A stretch of 64,000 bases of DNA. Origin: an uncultured Candidatus Poseidoniales archaeon (lineage in GTDB: Archaea; Thermoplasmatota; Poseidoniia; Poseidoniales; Poseidoniaceae). Positions 49,850 to 58,639 of this stretch are shown piece after piece. Positions within the stretch are counted from its first letter, which is position 1; every line of letters starts with the position of its first letter. The position numbers were made by a program, and so were the translations under genes. Below the pieces are notes generated by a model that did no database searches, was not told the DNA's origin, and saw only the letters and a program-made list of their open reading frames with translations. The DNA is taken from assembly GCA_964009815.1 (NCBI GenBank), contig CAXGJQ010000001.1, forward strand, positions 5,332 to 69,331, in the 5' to 3' direction.

Positions 49850-51007
49850 TCATGACGCTTGCGATGCAGAGGGGCCGAGGTGTTCTTGCCCAATTTCGGC
49901 GATTCGGTGGAGAAGTTCCTCCAATTGAATGCGTTGTTGGGCCGACCGTTGCAGCCGCATGTCACACCTTGATACGGCGTTCAACAATTCTGCAAGAAGA
50001 GCATCGGGGTAGTGGGTTCGACCTGCAACGAGGAAATGATGGAGGCGATCAACGACGCCGCGTCCGTCCAAATCGTGGTTGTTCATCATTTGGTCCAATG
50101 CCCCCATTGCCCCTTTGAGGACGCGGGTGTTCTTCTCCCCTTGCTTTTCCCATTTCCAATCGTGAACACGCCCACGCAATGCTTCTTCAAGGACCAGTTG
50201 TATCTCTCTTCGACTGCTATTGGCCATCAAGAGCTGGATGTTTTTCCGGTCATTGAGCAACGAGCGCTGAGCGAGGAGTTGAAGGGTAAAGATGGCCTTT
50301 CGAAGGTTTCCGTTGGCGACGTGAGCGATGTCGCCCAAGACTCCCACCGTTGGGTTCAACGATTCCAACTGACTGATGGCCTCAAGGCGCTGCTCAATCA
50401 TGAGCCGAGAAAGGGAGGGCATTCGCACGTGTTGTGTTCGGCTTCGCAGGGCTTCAATGATTCGCGACGGCGTATGTGTGGTGAAGATGAACCGAGCACT
50501 CCGACTGCTTTCCTCCATCATTCTTCGCAGATAGGACTGGCGTGCGTGACCCAAATAGTCAGCATCCTCAATGATGATGATGCGTGAAACTGCAGCAAAA
50601 TTTCCGGCCTCCGGAGAGGATGATTCCTCGCCAGCGGGCGGGGGCGATGTGCTTGATGAGGCGCTGATGTTGTGGTCGAAGGCATCCAAACTGGTTCGTC
50701 CTGCGAGGGTGTCTTCTGAACCAGCACCTTCAGGGCGCAAAAACGCCTCGAACTTGGCCATGGCGCCCGAGGTTTTGTCCAGGTCTCGGGCCTGAAGAAT
50801 GTGGGTTGTTGAACGCCATGAAGGCCCCAGCACTTGACGGCAAACGAGTTGATGTGCTGCTGTTTTTCCGCAACCGGTGGGACCAGAGAGTAAAAGGTGA
50901 GGTGGGTTGGCTTGCAATGAAAGATTCTTCAAAGCATCAATGACGTTTGAAGATGTAAGGAGTTCGTCGAACAGGACGGGCTTGTATTGCTCAAGCCAGA
51001 CGGTCAT
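49850..51007 (-). CDS. Replication factor C small-subunit-like clamp-loader AAA+ protein
   Basis: WLEQYKP, PHLLLSGPTGCGKT, IIEDADYL, LRRMME, ALRSRT, GNLRKAI. Confidence 0.85.
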   Translation of the reverse strand: MTVWLEQYKPVLFDELLTSSNVIDALKNLSLQANPPHLLLSGPTGCGKTAAHQLVCRQVLGPSWRSTTHILQARDLDKTSGAMAKFEAFLRPEGAGSEDTLAGRTSLDAFDHNISASSSTSPPPAGEESSSPEAGNFAAVSRIIIIEDADYLGHARQSYLRRMMEESSRSARFIFTTHTPSRIIEALRSRTQHVRMPSLSRLMIEQRLEAISQLESLNPTVGVLGDIAHVANGNLRKAIFTLQLLAQRSLLNDRKNIQLLMANSSRREIQLVLEEALRGRVHDWKWEKQGEKNTRVLKGAMGALDQMMNNHDLDGRGVVDRLHHFLVAGRTHYPDALLAELLNAVSRCDMRLQRSAQQRIQLEELLHRIAEIGQEHLGPSASQAS

Positions 51008-51055
51008 GCTACAGAAGACCGGACCATGGTCTTTGAACTCTGCGAGTGGCTTTGT

Positions 51056-51205
51056 TCACTCGGCGTTCAAGCGCTTGGTGCCGTGGCGGCGGAGTTTCAT
51101 GAAGATGCGGGATCCGCAAGCTTTGCAGCTGATACCGTTTCGTTCTCGGTGGAACGATTCGAGGCTTCCACAGACGGCGCACTTGTAGTCAACGAGTTCA
51201 ACCAT
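51056..51205 (-). CDS. rpoP: RNA polymerase subunit P (Rpo12)
   Basis: Hand-translated 49 aa, below the ORF-track cutoff: MVELVDYKCAVCGSLESFHRERNGISCKACGSRIFMKLRRHGTKRLNAE. Confidence 0.88.
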   Translation of the reverse strand: MVELVDYKCAVCGSLESFHRERNGISCKACGSRIFMKLRRHGTKRLNAE

Positions 51206-51251
51206 AGTTCTCTCTCCGATGTCCGCGACCGTGCATCCTGTTTTGAACCTT

Positions 51252-51455
51252 TCATTGGCTTCTTCGATGCTGCCATGCCTCGTAGGTGGGCTCAGACATC
51301 ACGACCAAACACCCTTTTTGATACAGATGAATGATCTTCAGTCCTACCGCTGAAGGAGAGCGCTGGAGGGTGCTCGCAATGGACACGATGTCGCAATTGA
51401 GTTCAAGACTCTCGATGAGATGTTCCTCTTCCTTGACCGTCCAAGGAACACCCAT
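51252..51455 (-). CDS. Small Myb/SANT-like helix-turn-helix protein
   Basis: PWTVKEEEHL..IVSIASTLQRSPSAV; starts 5 nt after the stop of the tandem-Ubl gene. Confidence 0.6.
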   Translation of the reverse strand: MGVPWTVKEEEHLIESLELNCDIVSIASTLQRSPSAVGLKIIHLYQKGCLVVMSEPTYEAWQHRRSQ

Positions 51456-51460
51456 GGAAT

Positions 51461-51895
51461 TCAACAAGCACGTCCACCGACGAGTCCAGGCATCAAGCGA
51501 ATGCGGCTGCCTGCTTCCAAGTTCATGCCAGCAATGTCGGCTGCACTGACGAGTTGGTCGTTCACGAAGACCCAGGAACCCTGAGTGGAGTTGACCTTCT
51601 CGGAGATTTCAGCTTGGGTCATCACGGCTTCAGCGTGACCGGTGGAGTCGGCGATTTCGACCACGAAGGTCGGTGCGTCTTGGCCGCCCACGAGACCGGG
51701 CATCAAGCGAATGCGGCTGCCTGCTTCCAAGTTCATGCCAGCAATGTCAGCTGCACTGACGAGTTGGTCGTTCACGAAGACCCAGGAACCCTGAGTGGAG
51801 TTGACCTTCTCGGTAAGTTCGTTCTGTGTCATCTGAACGGTAGAGTGTCCAGATGCGTCTGCAATTTCAACTTCAAATTTCATATTGTTGTCCAT
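51461..51895 (-). CDS. Tandem di-ubiquitin-like (ThiS/MoaD/SAMP beta-grasp) precursor
   Basis: Two ~70-aa units, each ending WVFVNDQLV..LEAGSRIRLMPGLVGG; QDAP linker; RAC tail; GGTGG RBS upstream of MDNNM. Confidence 0.8.
   Translation of the reverse strand: MDNNMKFEVEIADASGHSTVQMTQNELTEKVNSTQGSWVFVNDQLVSAADIAGMNLEAGSRIRLMPGLVGGQDAPTFVVEIADSTGHAEAVMTQAEISEKVNSTQGSWVFVNDQLVSAADIAGMNLEAGSRIRLMPGLVGGRAC
51489..51813. repeat. Direct repeat, 115 bp x 2 with a 210 bp period, inside the tandem-Ubl gene
   Basis: 51489-51603 and 51699-51813 are identical except 51539 g vs 51749 a. Confidence 0.95.
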
Positions 51896-52039
51896 GTGTG
51901 TCCACCTTTGAGAGAGTGAGTTTCCAACAGTATATGAACTTCGCAACCAAAACACCCTTTTCGGATTTGGTCGTTGTTCAACAACTCTGTCAGCATTGCA
52001 CCCGCTTCCAAAAGAGGAAGTCGTTGAGGGTATATGAAC

Positions 52040-53350
52040 TCAAATTTTGAGATTGGCTTGACGGGCAAGAAGATGAATTTGCATGCTGTGTTCCACCATC
52101 GCAGCATTCGCCCACGCTTGGTCAAAGTCGGCCCCTACGGCATAAGCGCCGTTTCCGCGAACCACAACACAGCGCATGCCTCCTTGATTGAGGGCTTCTG
52201 CTACCTGACGAAGGTAATCCTCGGGGTGGTCAGGGTCAGGGTCAACGATGATGATCTTTCCAATGTGCTGCTTTCCAACCTCGTCGATGGGCGTCAACAA
52301 CACCAGGTCTTTTTCGCAACTCGCTGCAGTGGTATGGGGGCCATGCATATGGATGACGGCGGCGGGACCGCCGGTCACCATTGATACGGAGGCGAGAACG
52401 ACTTCAAGAGCGTGCCAATCGGGAGGTGCGCCCCGAGGAGAGGTTGAGCCGAGAGGAGCTGCACACAAACTCCGTTCATTCATTCGAGGGAGGGTGACCA
52501 TGTGTTTGGTGGAAACCATCACACCTGGCTGTTCTGGATGAATCATCGCCAAAGAGCCCATGGTGGCCCGAACCAAATGTTCGCGGTCAAGTTGCCGTCC
52601 GAGACGGACAAAGTCGGATACGACATAGGGGGGGATCACGATGTTGTCTTCCACAAGTGGTGGCATGGGGGGCTCCTCCAATTGTTCGATGACTTCGGTT
52701 GCACCGACAACCGATTGGCGGAGGCGTGCATTCTCCATGTGAAGTCGTTCGAGTTCCGCTTCCTTTTCAGCAAGGATGTCCAACGTCGCTTGGTCAACTT
52801 CTCCACTTCGTTCCTCGACGACCGGGGCTTCCTCAACGGGTTCTGGTTCAGCAGGGGACTCTGGTTCAGGCGTCGCTTCTTCAGCGGGTTCAGCAGCCGG
52901 AGCTTCCTCAACGGGTTCTGGTTCGGCGGGAGATTCTGGTTCAGGTGTCGGTTCTTCAGCGGGCTCCGGTTCGGACTCAGCCGGTTCGGCTTGAACGGGT
53001 TCTGCTTCCTCTTCGTGAGCTTTCTCAACCGGCTCAGACTTCGATGCTGGTGGAGCACTCGGGGGACCTGAGGGCGGGCCGCTTGGGGGGCCTGAGGGCG
53101 GACCAGATGGAGGGCCCGAGGGTGGGCCAGTCGGTGGGCCGGTTGGTGGACCGGTTGGTGGGCCGCTGGGCTCATTGGGCTTCTCATCTTCAACGGGTGC
53201 CGGTTCAGCCTCTTCTGGAGGTTGTTCAATGGAGCCTATGTCGCCAAAAGCGTCGCCCAACATGTTATCCAGTTGAGATTGTTCTTCATCGTCACGGGCT
53301 TTTTCTGCAGAAGTTTTTGGTTTCCCCATGGTGGCACCCAATTTAGCCAC
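52040..53350 (-). CDS. Class II aldolase/adducin-domain protein with a long Pro/Glu-rich N-terminal arm
   Basis: C-terminal GSLAM, AVIHMHGPHTTA, VVVRGNGAYAVG; N-terminal GPPT/GPPS and EP repeats plus a coiled coil. Confidence 0.8.
   Translation of the reverse strand: MAKLGATMGKPKTSAEKARDDEEQSQLDNMLGDAFGDIGSIEQPPEEAEPAPVEDEKPNEPSGPPTGPPTGPPTGPPSGPPSGPPSGPPSGPPSGPPSAPPASKSEPVEKAHEEEAEPVQAEPAESEPEPAEEPTPEPESPAEPEPVEEAPAAEPAEEATPEPESPAEPEPVEEAPVVEERSGEVDQATLDILAEKEAELERLHMENARLRQSVVGATEVIEQLEEPPMPPLVEDNIVIPPYVVSDFVRLGRQLDREHLVRATMGSLAMIHPEQPGVMVSTKHMVTLPRMNERSLCAAPLGSTSPRGAPPDWHALEVVLASVSMVTGGPAAVIHMHGPHTTAASCEKDLVLLTPIDEVGKQHIGKIIIVDPDPDHPEDYLRQVAEALNQGGMRCVVVRGNGAYAVGADFDQAWANAAMVEHSMQIHLLARQANLKI
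52827..53170. repeat. Coding repeats: a 75 bp-period duplication and a 12 bp-period GPP(T/S) array
   Basis: gcttcctcaacgggttctggttc at 52827 and 52902; about eight GPPx units at ~53060-53170. Confidence 0.8.
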
Positions 53351-53395
53351 ATGGCGCGGCTTAAATAGCGGTTGCGTCCCGGAGGAGATGAAACT

Positions 53396-53470
53396 GCCCG
53401 CTTGGTGTAGAGGTTATCATGCAGGATTGTCATTCCTGCGACCCGGGTTCAATTCCCGGAGTGGGCGCCA
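53396..53470 (+). tRNA. tRNA-Asp (GTC), CCA encoded
   Basis: GCCCGCT/AGTGGGC acceptor stem, CAGGA-TTGTCAT-TCCTG anticodon arm, GGTTCAATTCC T arm. Confidence 0.97.
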
Positions 53471-54376
53471 CTACTCTTCTTCATCGAAGAATTGCTTCTT
53501 CTGCACAATGGATGGTGCAGGCAAAAGATACCACATGATAGGCAAGATGAGGAGTGAGTCCAGATTTTTCCCGAGTTGAATATCAAACGTTGATTCGAAC
53601 GCGATGAATGACCGAGAATCTCTGGTCCCGTTAGCAGGGACATTTTCGGCTACTGAGGTTCGATTCTCTGGCTCAACCAGTCCCAAATCATACCCCGAAA
53701 AGTCCGCTTCCAGTTGAACTCCAAGCCAAATGAAGGAGAAATCCGATGACGAGTTGGTGTGGACAAAGGAAACAGTCTCGATGTTCGCGCCGGGCGTGTT
53801 GGTGGCGGTGGAGTCTTCTTCTTCATCACCACCCCCACTCAATTCCAACATGTAACACGCTGGGAAGATGACCGAGAAAGCGACAAGGGTGCCCAAGAAA
53901 GCGAGCGAACGAACATGATGGCGCCAGCGGAAGGACGACAACATCAGCAGCTCACTCAACACCAAGAGAGCCAATCCAAGTTTGATGGACTGCCGTCCAA
54001 AAGCAAGCCATTCTCGTTCCTCATTCTCGCCTTGCTCATCGGCCTCACCTGACTCATTCGGCGAATCTGGCTCATCCTCCGTGGCTGTGTCGTTGGAGGA
54101 AGCCGTATCGTCGACCGGAACCGCTGCATCGCCGTCCCGTTCAAGTGCATAGAAGAAAAAGGCCGTCGCCCGTTTAATTTCAATGTCGATCAGGGTCTGG
54201 TCTTTGTTGATGGCGATCAGCGAATGGGCTTCGGTTGGAGCAGGTTTCCCTTCGGTGTAGATGCCTTCAGCCGTGGCCACAAGCCATGCTGAGATGAACA
54301 CGTGCACTGCCAAAAACACCGTCACGGAAAGACGGATGATGCCAAAGGCCCGGTGAGGTGGTGGCCGTGGCAACAC
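53471..54376 (-). CDS. Hypothetical multi-TM membrane protein
   Basis: About four TM segments with acidic loops; stop abuts the tRNA-Asp 3' end. Confidence 0.6.
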   Translation of the reverse strand: MLPRPPPHRAFGIIRLSVTVFLAVHVFISAWLVATAEGIYTEGKPAPTEAHSLIAINKDQTLIDIEIKRATAFFFYALERDGDAAVPVDDTASSNDTATEDEPDSPNESGEADEQGENEEREWLAFGRQSIKLGLALLVLSELLMLSSFRWRHHVRSLAFLGTLVAFSVIFPACYMLELSGGGDEEEDSTATNTPGANIETVSFVHTNSSSDFSFIWLGVQLEADFSGYDLGLVEPENRTSVAENVPANGTRDSRSFIAFESTFDIQLGKNLDSLLILPIMWYLLPAPSIVQKKQFFDEEE

Positions 54377-54406
54377 GGCTGACCCTCCCCGTTCTTCCTT
54401 TTGATT

Positions 54407-57400
54407 TCACTCGTTCTCAGTTCGGCGGTTGCCAGCAACTGCAGCAAGGCCAATGAGAGCGATGACCGTGAGTGGGGAGACGAAGGGCAAGAGGCCTGAA
54501 TCTTCAGCGGCTTCTTCTGCCGTCTCAGGTTCATCCACTTCTTCGGCGGTGTTGTCGTCGCCCGTTTCTGTGTTGTCAGGGAATCCGAGGTCGGACGTGT
54601 CCGCACCTGCGTCTTCAAGCACCTGCGAGAGTTCACCAAGGTCGTGGTCTTCAACGTCCACGATGTCTTCAAGGTCGGAAAAGTCAGCCATTTCTTGCTG
54701 AGCTGCTTGTGCAGGAGCGCCAGTGATGTAGCGGATGCTAGCGAAGGTCATTGGTCGGTCTTCGCTGTAGCCGGTCGTGGTTGGTCCAGCGATGACGTAG
54801 CCGTTCTCGTCCTCGTCCCATGCGTAAAGGCCAACACCCACGATGGTGGCCTGTTCATCGCTCCAAAGAGGAGCCCACATGCCGTCAACGTAGGGGAATT
54901 CTGGAACTTCATTCTCTGCAACATCTTCGAAGGTTGCACCAATGTTCTCGCCAAAGGCTTGGAGAACATCTCCAAGACCTGATTCAGCAAGCGCTTCACC
55001 GATGGTCATGAGTTCGTCGCTGGGTTCGCGGGCTTCTTCGAACTCAATGCATTCACTCTGTGAATCAAAGGGCTCGCTTTGGCCGGCTTGTGTAAGGTGA
55101 ACTTCCAAGCAGTATTCTCCTGGACCGGAAACGTCAACGATTTCCTCAGAGTAGAGCGTTGATTCATCGGCCCACTCCTCGAAGCCTGTGGTCACCATGG
55201 TGTTGGCCCCGTCGGTGACGTCCATCAGTTGCCACGACATCGTAACGTCATCATATTCGCCGTAGCCGGCTTCGGCAACGACGCGGAGTTGGTTATCCTC
55301 TTCGAGGTACACGTGGGTGCCCCAAACTTCAGGGCCCATGTAATGACTACTGCAAATCTCAGTGGCCTCTACGAGCAACGTGCCATCGGCTTCAGAAATG
55401 TGCCCTCCAGAACACATTTCCATGCCGCCGTAGGTGGACGGTGCCATGACTTCAGAGGTGTAGGTAGTCCACTGATCGCTTCTCTCGTCGTCTACTGTAA
55501 TATCGCAGCCCCATTTGGCGCAAACCATGAGGTCCTGAGTTGCCATGAGGGCGTTCCCGTCTCCGTCGTTGATGTAAGCGTCCATCATGAAGAAGATGGC
55601 CTCGCCTTCATCAGAACCATCCGGGCAGTCAACGGTCCCGTCATTGAGGAGTTCAAAGGAAATGGAGTTGGTGTAATCGGCGCAATAGAATGTTTGCCCG
55701 TCGTTTTCATCGTACTCATCGCCTCCATCTTCGCAATTGGCCACGCCGTCGTTGACGTACTGCCATGGAATCTGGTCATAATTTTCGCACATGAACCATT
55801 TTCCTTCGTTGTCAGCTGGTTCATCCGAACCATCCGCGCAATCGCTGCTTCCATCGTTGACGAGTTCAAAGGAGATATCCATGCCGTCATGGCACGTATA
55901 GGTGGTCGTCTGGGTGTTGGCAAACTCATCGGAGCCATCATCGCAATCGTCCCAACCATCGTTGGCGTTGTCAATGGTCAGTTCTTGATACATGCCATCG
56001 TACTCGCACATGATGGTGGGTGAAGTTTCGAATCCAAAGACATCGATATCCATATGTTGACCAAATCCGTAATAGTAGTCGCCAGATTCCCAGTCCTCAT
56101 TCATTTGACCACGAAGATAGAAGTCCATTTCATCTGAACCATCGCTGCAATCTTCGTTTCCGTTGTTCATTTGCCATTCATAGATCATCTCACCACTGTC
56201 GCACATGACCATGTCATCGTCATGGTAGTGGTCATCTTCATCACCACCTACGCCGAAGATGTTCTCGAATATGTCTGCGAAGGAATCTTCGAGTTCGGCC
56301 TCAAAGTCTTCTGCAACCGCCTCGCCAAAAGATTGGCTGGCGTGGGTAATGACGTTGCCCATCATGATGAACATGACTGGGTTTCCAGGGGGGCATGTGT
56401 CACAGGGCGTGGCATCGATGACCGTACCGTCGCCGAGGTCAACTTCCAAGGTCTCGTCCGAGCGCATGTTGAAGTTGACATCTTCCATGTTGGCCTCGCC
56501 TTCGTAGTCGCCTTCGTTGGTGAGTTCGTCGCTGATGCTGATATCGAATTGACCTTCATCAAATCCAAACTCTTCCATGGGCAAGCCACTGAGATAAACG
56601 TTGTAATCGGCCGAACCGATGTAGGTGCCATCAAGCATTCCGCACAAATCTTCGACTTCTACTTCGCCGCCTTCTCCGTATACGCCGACATCGGATGGGT
56701 CGTCGATGCAATCCCAGTCCGTGTTGTCGTTTGCAGCCGCCTCAACGTAAATCGGGCTAGGGGCGCCCAAGCGCCATTCTGCATCAGAGCCAATGGAATA
56801 ACTGAATTCAATTCCAGTGTCGAAGTCAATGTTCAACTGCTCGCCACCGCCCTCGACCATAATGTCAATTCCGAGGTTCATGTCGTTGGAGATCATCATA
56901 TCGAAATCCATGTCTGCTCCAAGAAGTTGATACTGGTCGTTGAGGTACTCCGTGTAGAGCATGTCAACCGTCAAGACATTTTCAGCTTCGGCAATGACGT
57001 CGATATCAAAGCCATTTGGGTCGCTGCCAAAGGTGGTTTCTGACCAGTCCGTCATGATGACGGCGTTGGAAAGGAGACCGTGGCGAAGCACCACGTCGCT
57101 GGTGCGGCTCCAAACTTGCACGTCGTTGCCGTCCAGGTCTTGGATGGTCTGAACCGAGATGTCTTCGGTTTGGTGAACGTAGACGTTTGAGGAACCCGTG
57201 GTCAACTGACCAAGGTCGAGGTTGAACCCTGCGCCGTCAGCGTCTTCCATGATTTCAGAGAACAATTCTTGAATGTCCAAACCTGTGACGTTTTGCAAAT
57301 CACTGTCGAGGCTTGTCCAGTCGTATTCTACACCGTAGTAATACTCGGAGGCTTCAGCAGGGACTGCGGAAACGGTGGTTAGGGGGGTGATTGCTGCAAG

Positions 57401-57451
57401 CAAAAGAGCGGTTAGCAATAGGGCTGGTGAGGTTCGTCGCAACGTAGACAT
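54407..57451 (-). CDS. Large acidic cell-surface protein with LDL-receptor class A-like repeats and a PGF-CTERM-like anchor
   Basis: Signal peptide; five C..(N/D)GxxDCxDGSDE-type repeats; C-terminal SGLLPF-TM-RR. Confidence 0.8.
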   Translation of the reverse strand: MSTLRRTSPALLLTALLLAAITPLTTVSAVPAEASEYYYGVEYDWTSLDSDLQNVTGLDIQELFSEIMEDADGAGFNLDLGQLTTGSSNVYVHQTEDISVQTIQDLDGNDVQVWSRTSDVVLRHGLLSNAVIMTDWSETTFGSDPNGFDIDVIAEAENVLTVDMLYTEYLNDQYQLLGADMDFDMMISNDMNLGIDIMVEGGGEQLNIDFDTGIEFSYSIGSDAEWRLGAPSPIYVEAAANDNTDWDCIDDPSDVGVYGEGGEVEVEDLCGMLDGTYIGSADYNVYLSGLPMEEFGFDEGQFDISISDELTNEGDYEGEANMEDVNFNMRSDETLEVDLGDGTVIDATPCDTCPPGNPVMFIMMGNVITHASQSFGEAVAEDFEAELEDSFADIFENIFGVGGDEDDHYHDDDMVMCDSGEMIYEWQMNNGNEDCSDGSDEMDFYLRGQMNEDWESGDYYYGFGQHMDIDVFGFETSPTIMCEYDGMYQELTIDNANDGWDDCDDGSDEFANTQTTTYTCHDGMDISFELVNDGSSDCADGSDEPADNEGKWFMCENYDQIPWQYVNDGVANCEDGGDEYDENDGQTFYCADYTNSISFELLNDGTVDCPDGSDEGEAIFFMMDAYINDGDGNALMATQDLMVCAKWGCDITVDDERSDQWTTYTSEVMAPSTYGGMEMCSGGHISEADGTLLVEATEICSSHYMGPEVWGTHVYLEEDNQLRVVAEAGYGEYDDVTMSWQLMDVTDGANTMVTTGFEEWADESTLYSEEIVDVSGPGEYCLEVHLTQAGQSEPFDSQSECIEFEEAREPSDELMTIGEALAESGLGDVLQAFGENIGATFEDVAENEVPEFPYVDGMWAPLWSDEQATIVGVGLYAWDEDENGYVIAGPTTTGYSEDRPMTFASIRYITGAPAQAAQQEMADFSDLEDIVDVEDHDLGELSQVLEDAGADTSDLGFPDNTETGDDNTAEEVDEPETAEEAAEDSGLLPFVSPLTVIALIGLAAVAGNRRTENE

Positions 57452-57556
57452 CGGTCACACACGTGAAACTATGCGATTTAAGAGTATTGCACTGAGATTT
57501 TATCGTCTTCCCCTATAAATTCCGGATTTTGGAGAGTGATGTCCGGTTTCGCCCAA

Positions 57557-58639
57557 TCATTCGCCATGATTTTTTGTAAAGAGTGTGGGTAGTTGGTTAT
57601 TCTTCTGATACGCCTTGTTGAAGATTTTCCGAGCGAGTTTGTAGTCGAGGCGGCGGCGTCTTTCACCTGCTTTTGTATTCCCCATGAACGCCGTCAGAAA
57701 CACGTCATGCGTTGCTTCTCTGTAGTTGTCAATGATACGATTGGCTTCAGCGATGACGTCATCAAGGAGATTTCCTTCCAATTCAATTTCGATATAGGTA
57801 AGGTGCCGACTGCTCACTTTGATGTTGCTTCGGTCGTATCCCAGCTCTTCCCCACGACAGAATTTAATTCGCATGGAACCATCTTCTCTGGTGCCGTCAA
57901 CGGCACGATAACCGAGGGTTCCCTCGGGTGCGTTGAATTTCATTGGGGTCAATTTGGATGGGTTTTGAGCGGTTTGATTATGAGCGCTTCGAAGTTGGTT
58001 ATAACCACCGAGAAGTGTATCGTTTTTCCACACCTCATTAAGAGGATTTGATGCAGAGAAAATCATCACGCAAACTGGATGTTCCGTGTCGTCAAACGGG
58101 TTGTCTTCGAGAATGGTCACGGAATGGAGTTTGTTTTTCCAGTGGGGCAAATCATCGAGATCTTGGATACCCGACTCGGGAACAATCCAAATGGAGTCGT
58201 CGTATTTTGCCAAGGTTTGCTCTATGGCCAACTTGAACAAATCATCCAATACATTCAGGCGAGAATCATCGAGGGTCGGAATGAATCCCGGCCCGAAGTA
58301 CTCCACCATGGGTGATTTCATGCGTTTTGCAGAGTTCTTTGCAAGATAGGGTGGATTGGTCAGCACAAACGCTTGCTCGTGCCGAATAACACGTCGGATT
58401 GAGTCGTTTGGTTCACCCCACTGCTTTGAGGCACAGATGTTCTCATCGATGTCGTGCCCTCGGATTTCAAAGCCCATCTGTTGAGCAAGTTCCAGCAGGT
58501 GCCCGTCTCCTGCAAATGGGTCAACGCATAGCTTGTATTGGTTGCTCAATGATTCGATATGAGCTCGAATATGGGGGCGCAGCCAAACAGAATCTCGCGT
58601 GAAAAATTGGCCGAGGTCGCGCTTGGTTTTTTCTGACAT
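57557..58639 (-). CDS. Orphan N6-adenine DNA methyltransferase
   Basis: LGQFFT, VDPFAGDGHL (motif I), DID, LTNPPYL (IV), DDLFKL. Confidence 0.82.
   Translation of the reverse strand: MSEKTKRDLGQFFTRDSVWLRPHIRAHIESLSNQYKLCVDPFAGDGHLLELAQQMGFEIRGHDIDENICASKQWGEPNDSIRRVIRHEQAFVLTNPPYLAKNSAKRMKSPMVEYFGPGFIPTLDDSRLNVLDDLFKLAIEQTLAKYDDSIWIVPESGIQDLDDLPHWKNKLHSVTILEDNPFDDTEHPVCVMIFSASNPLNEVWKNDTLLGGYNQLRSAHNQTAQNPSKLTPMKFNAPEGTLGYRAVDGTREDGSMRIKFCRGEELGYDRSNIKVSSRHLTYIEIELEGNLLDDVIAEANRIIDNYREATHDVFLTAFMGNTKAGERRRRLDYKLARKIFNKAYQKNNQLPTLFTKNHGE

Noticed and set aside
51056..51205. Ribosomal protein L40e (would mimic a ubiquitin-L40 linkage)
   Set aside because: The YKC..CG..ISC..CGSRIFMK.R pattern fits RpoP, not L40e.
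51489..53170. Direct repeats as a CRISPR array or as DGR template/variable repeats
   Set aside because: All are in-frame coding repeats. There are no unique spacers, cas genes or reverse transcriptase, and only one mismatch separates the Ubl copies.
49750..53470. tRNA-bounded segment as an integrated element
   Set aside because: No integrase and no duplicated tRNA 3' end (att) were seen, and it contains core genes (rpoP, RFC-like).
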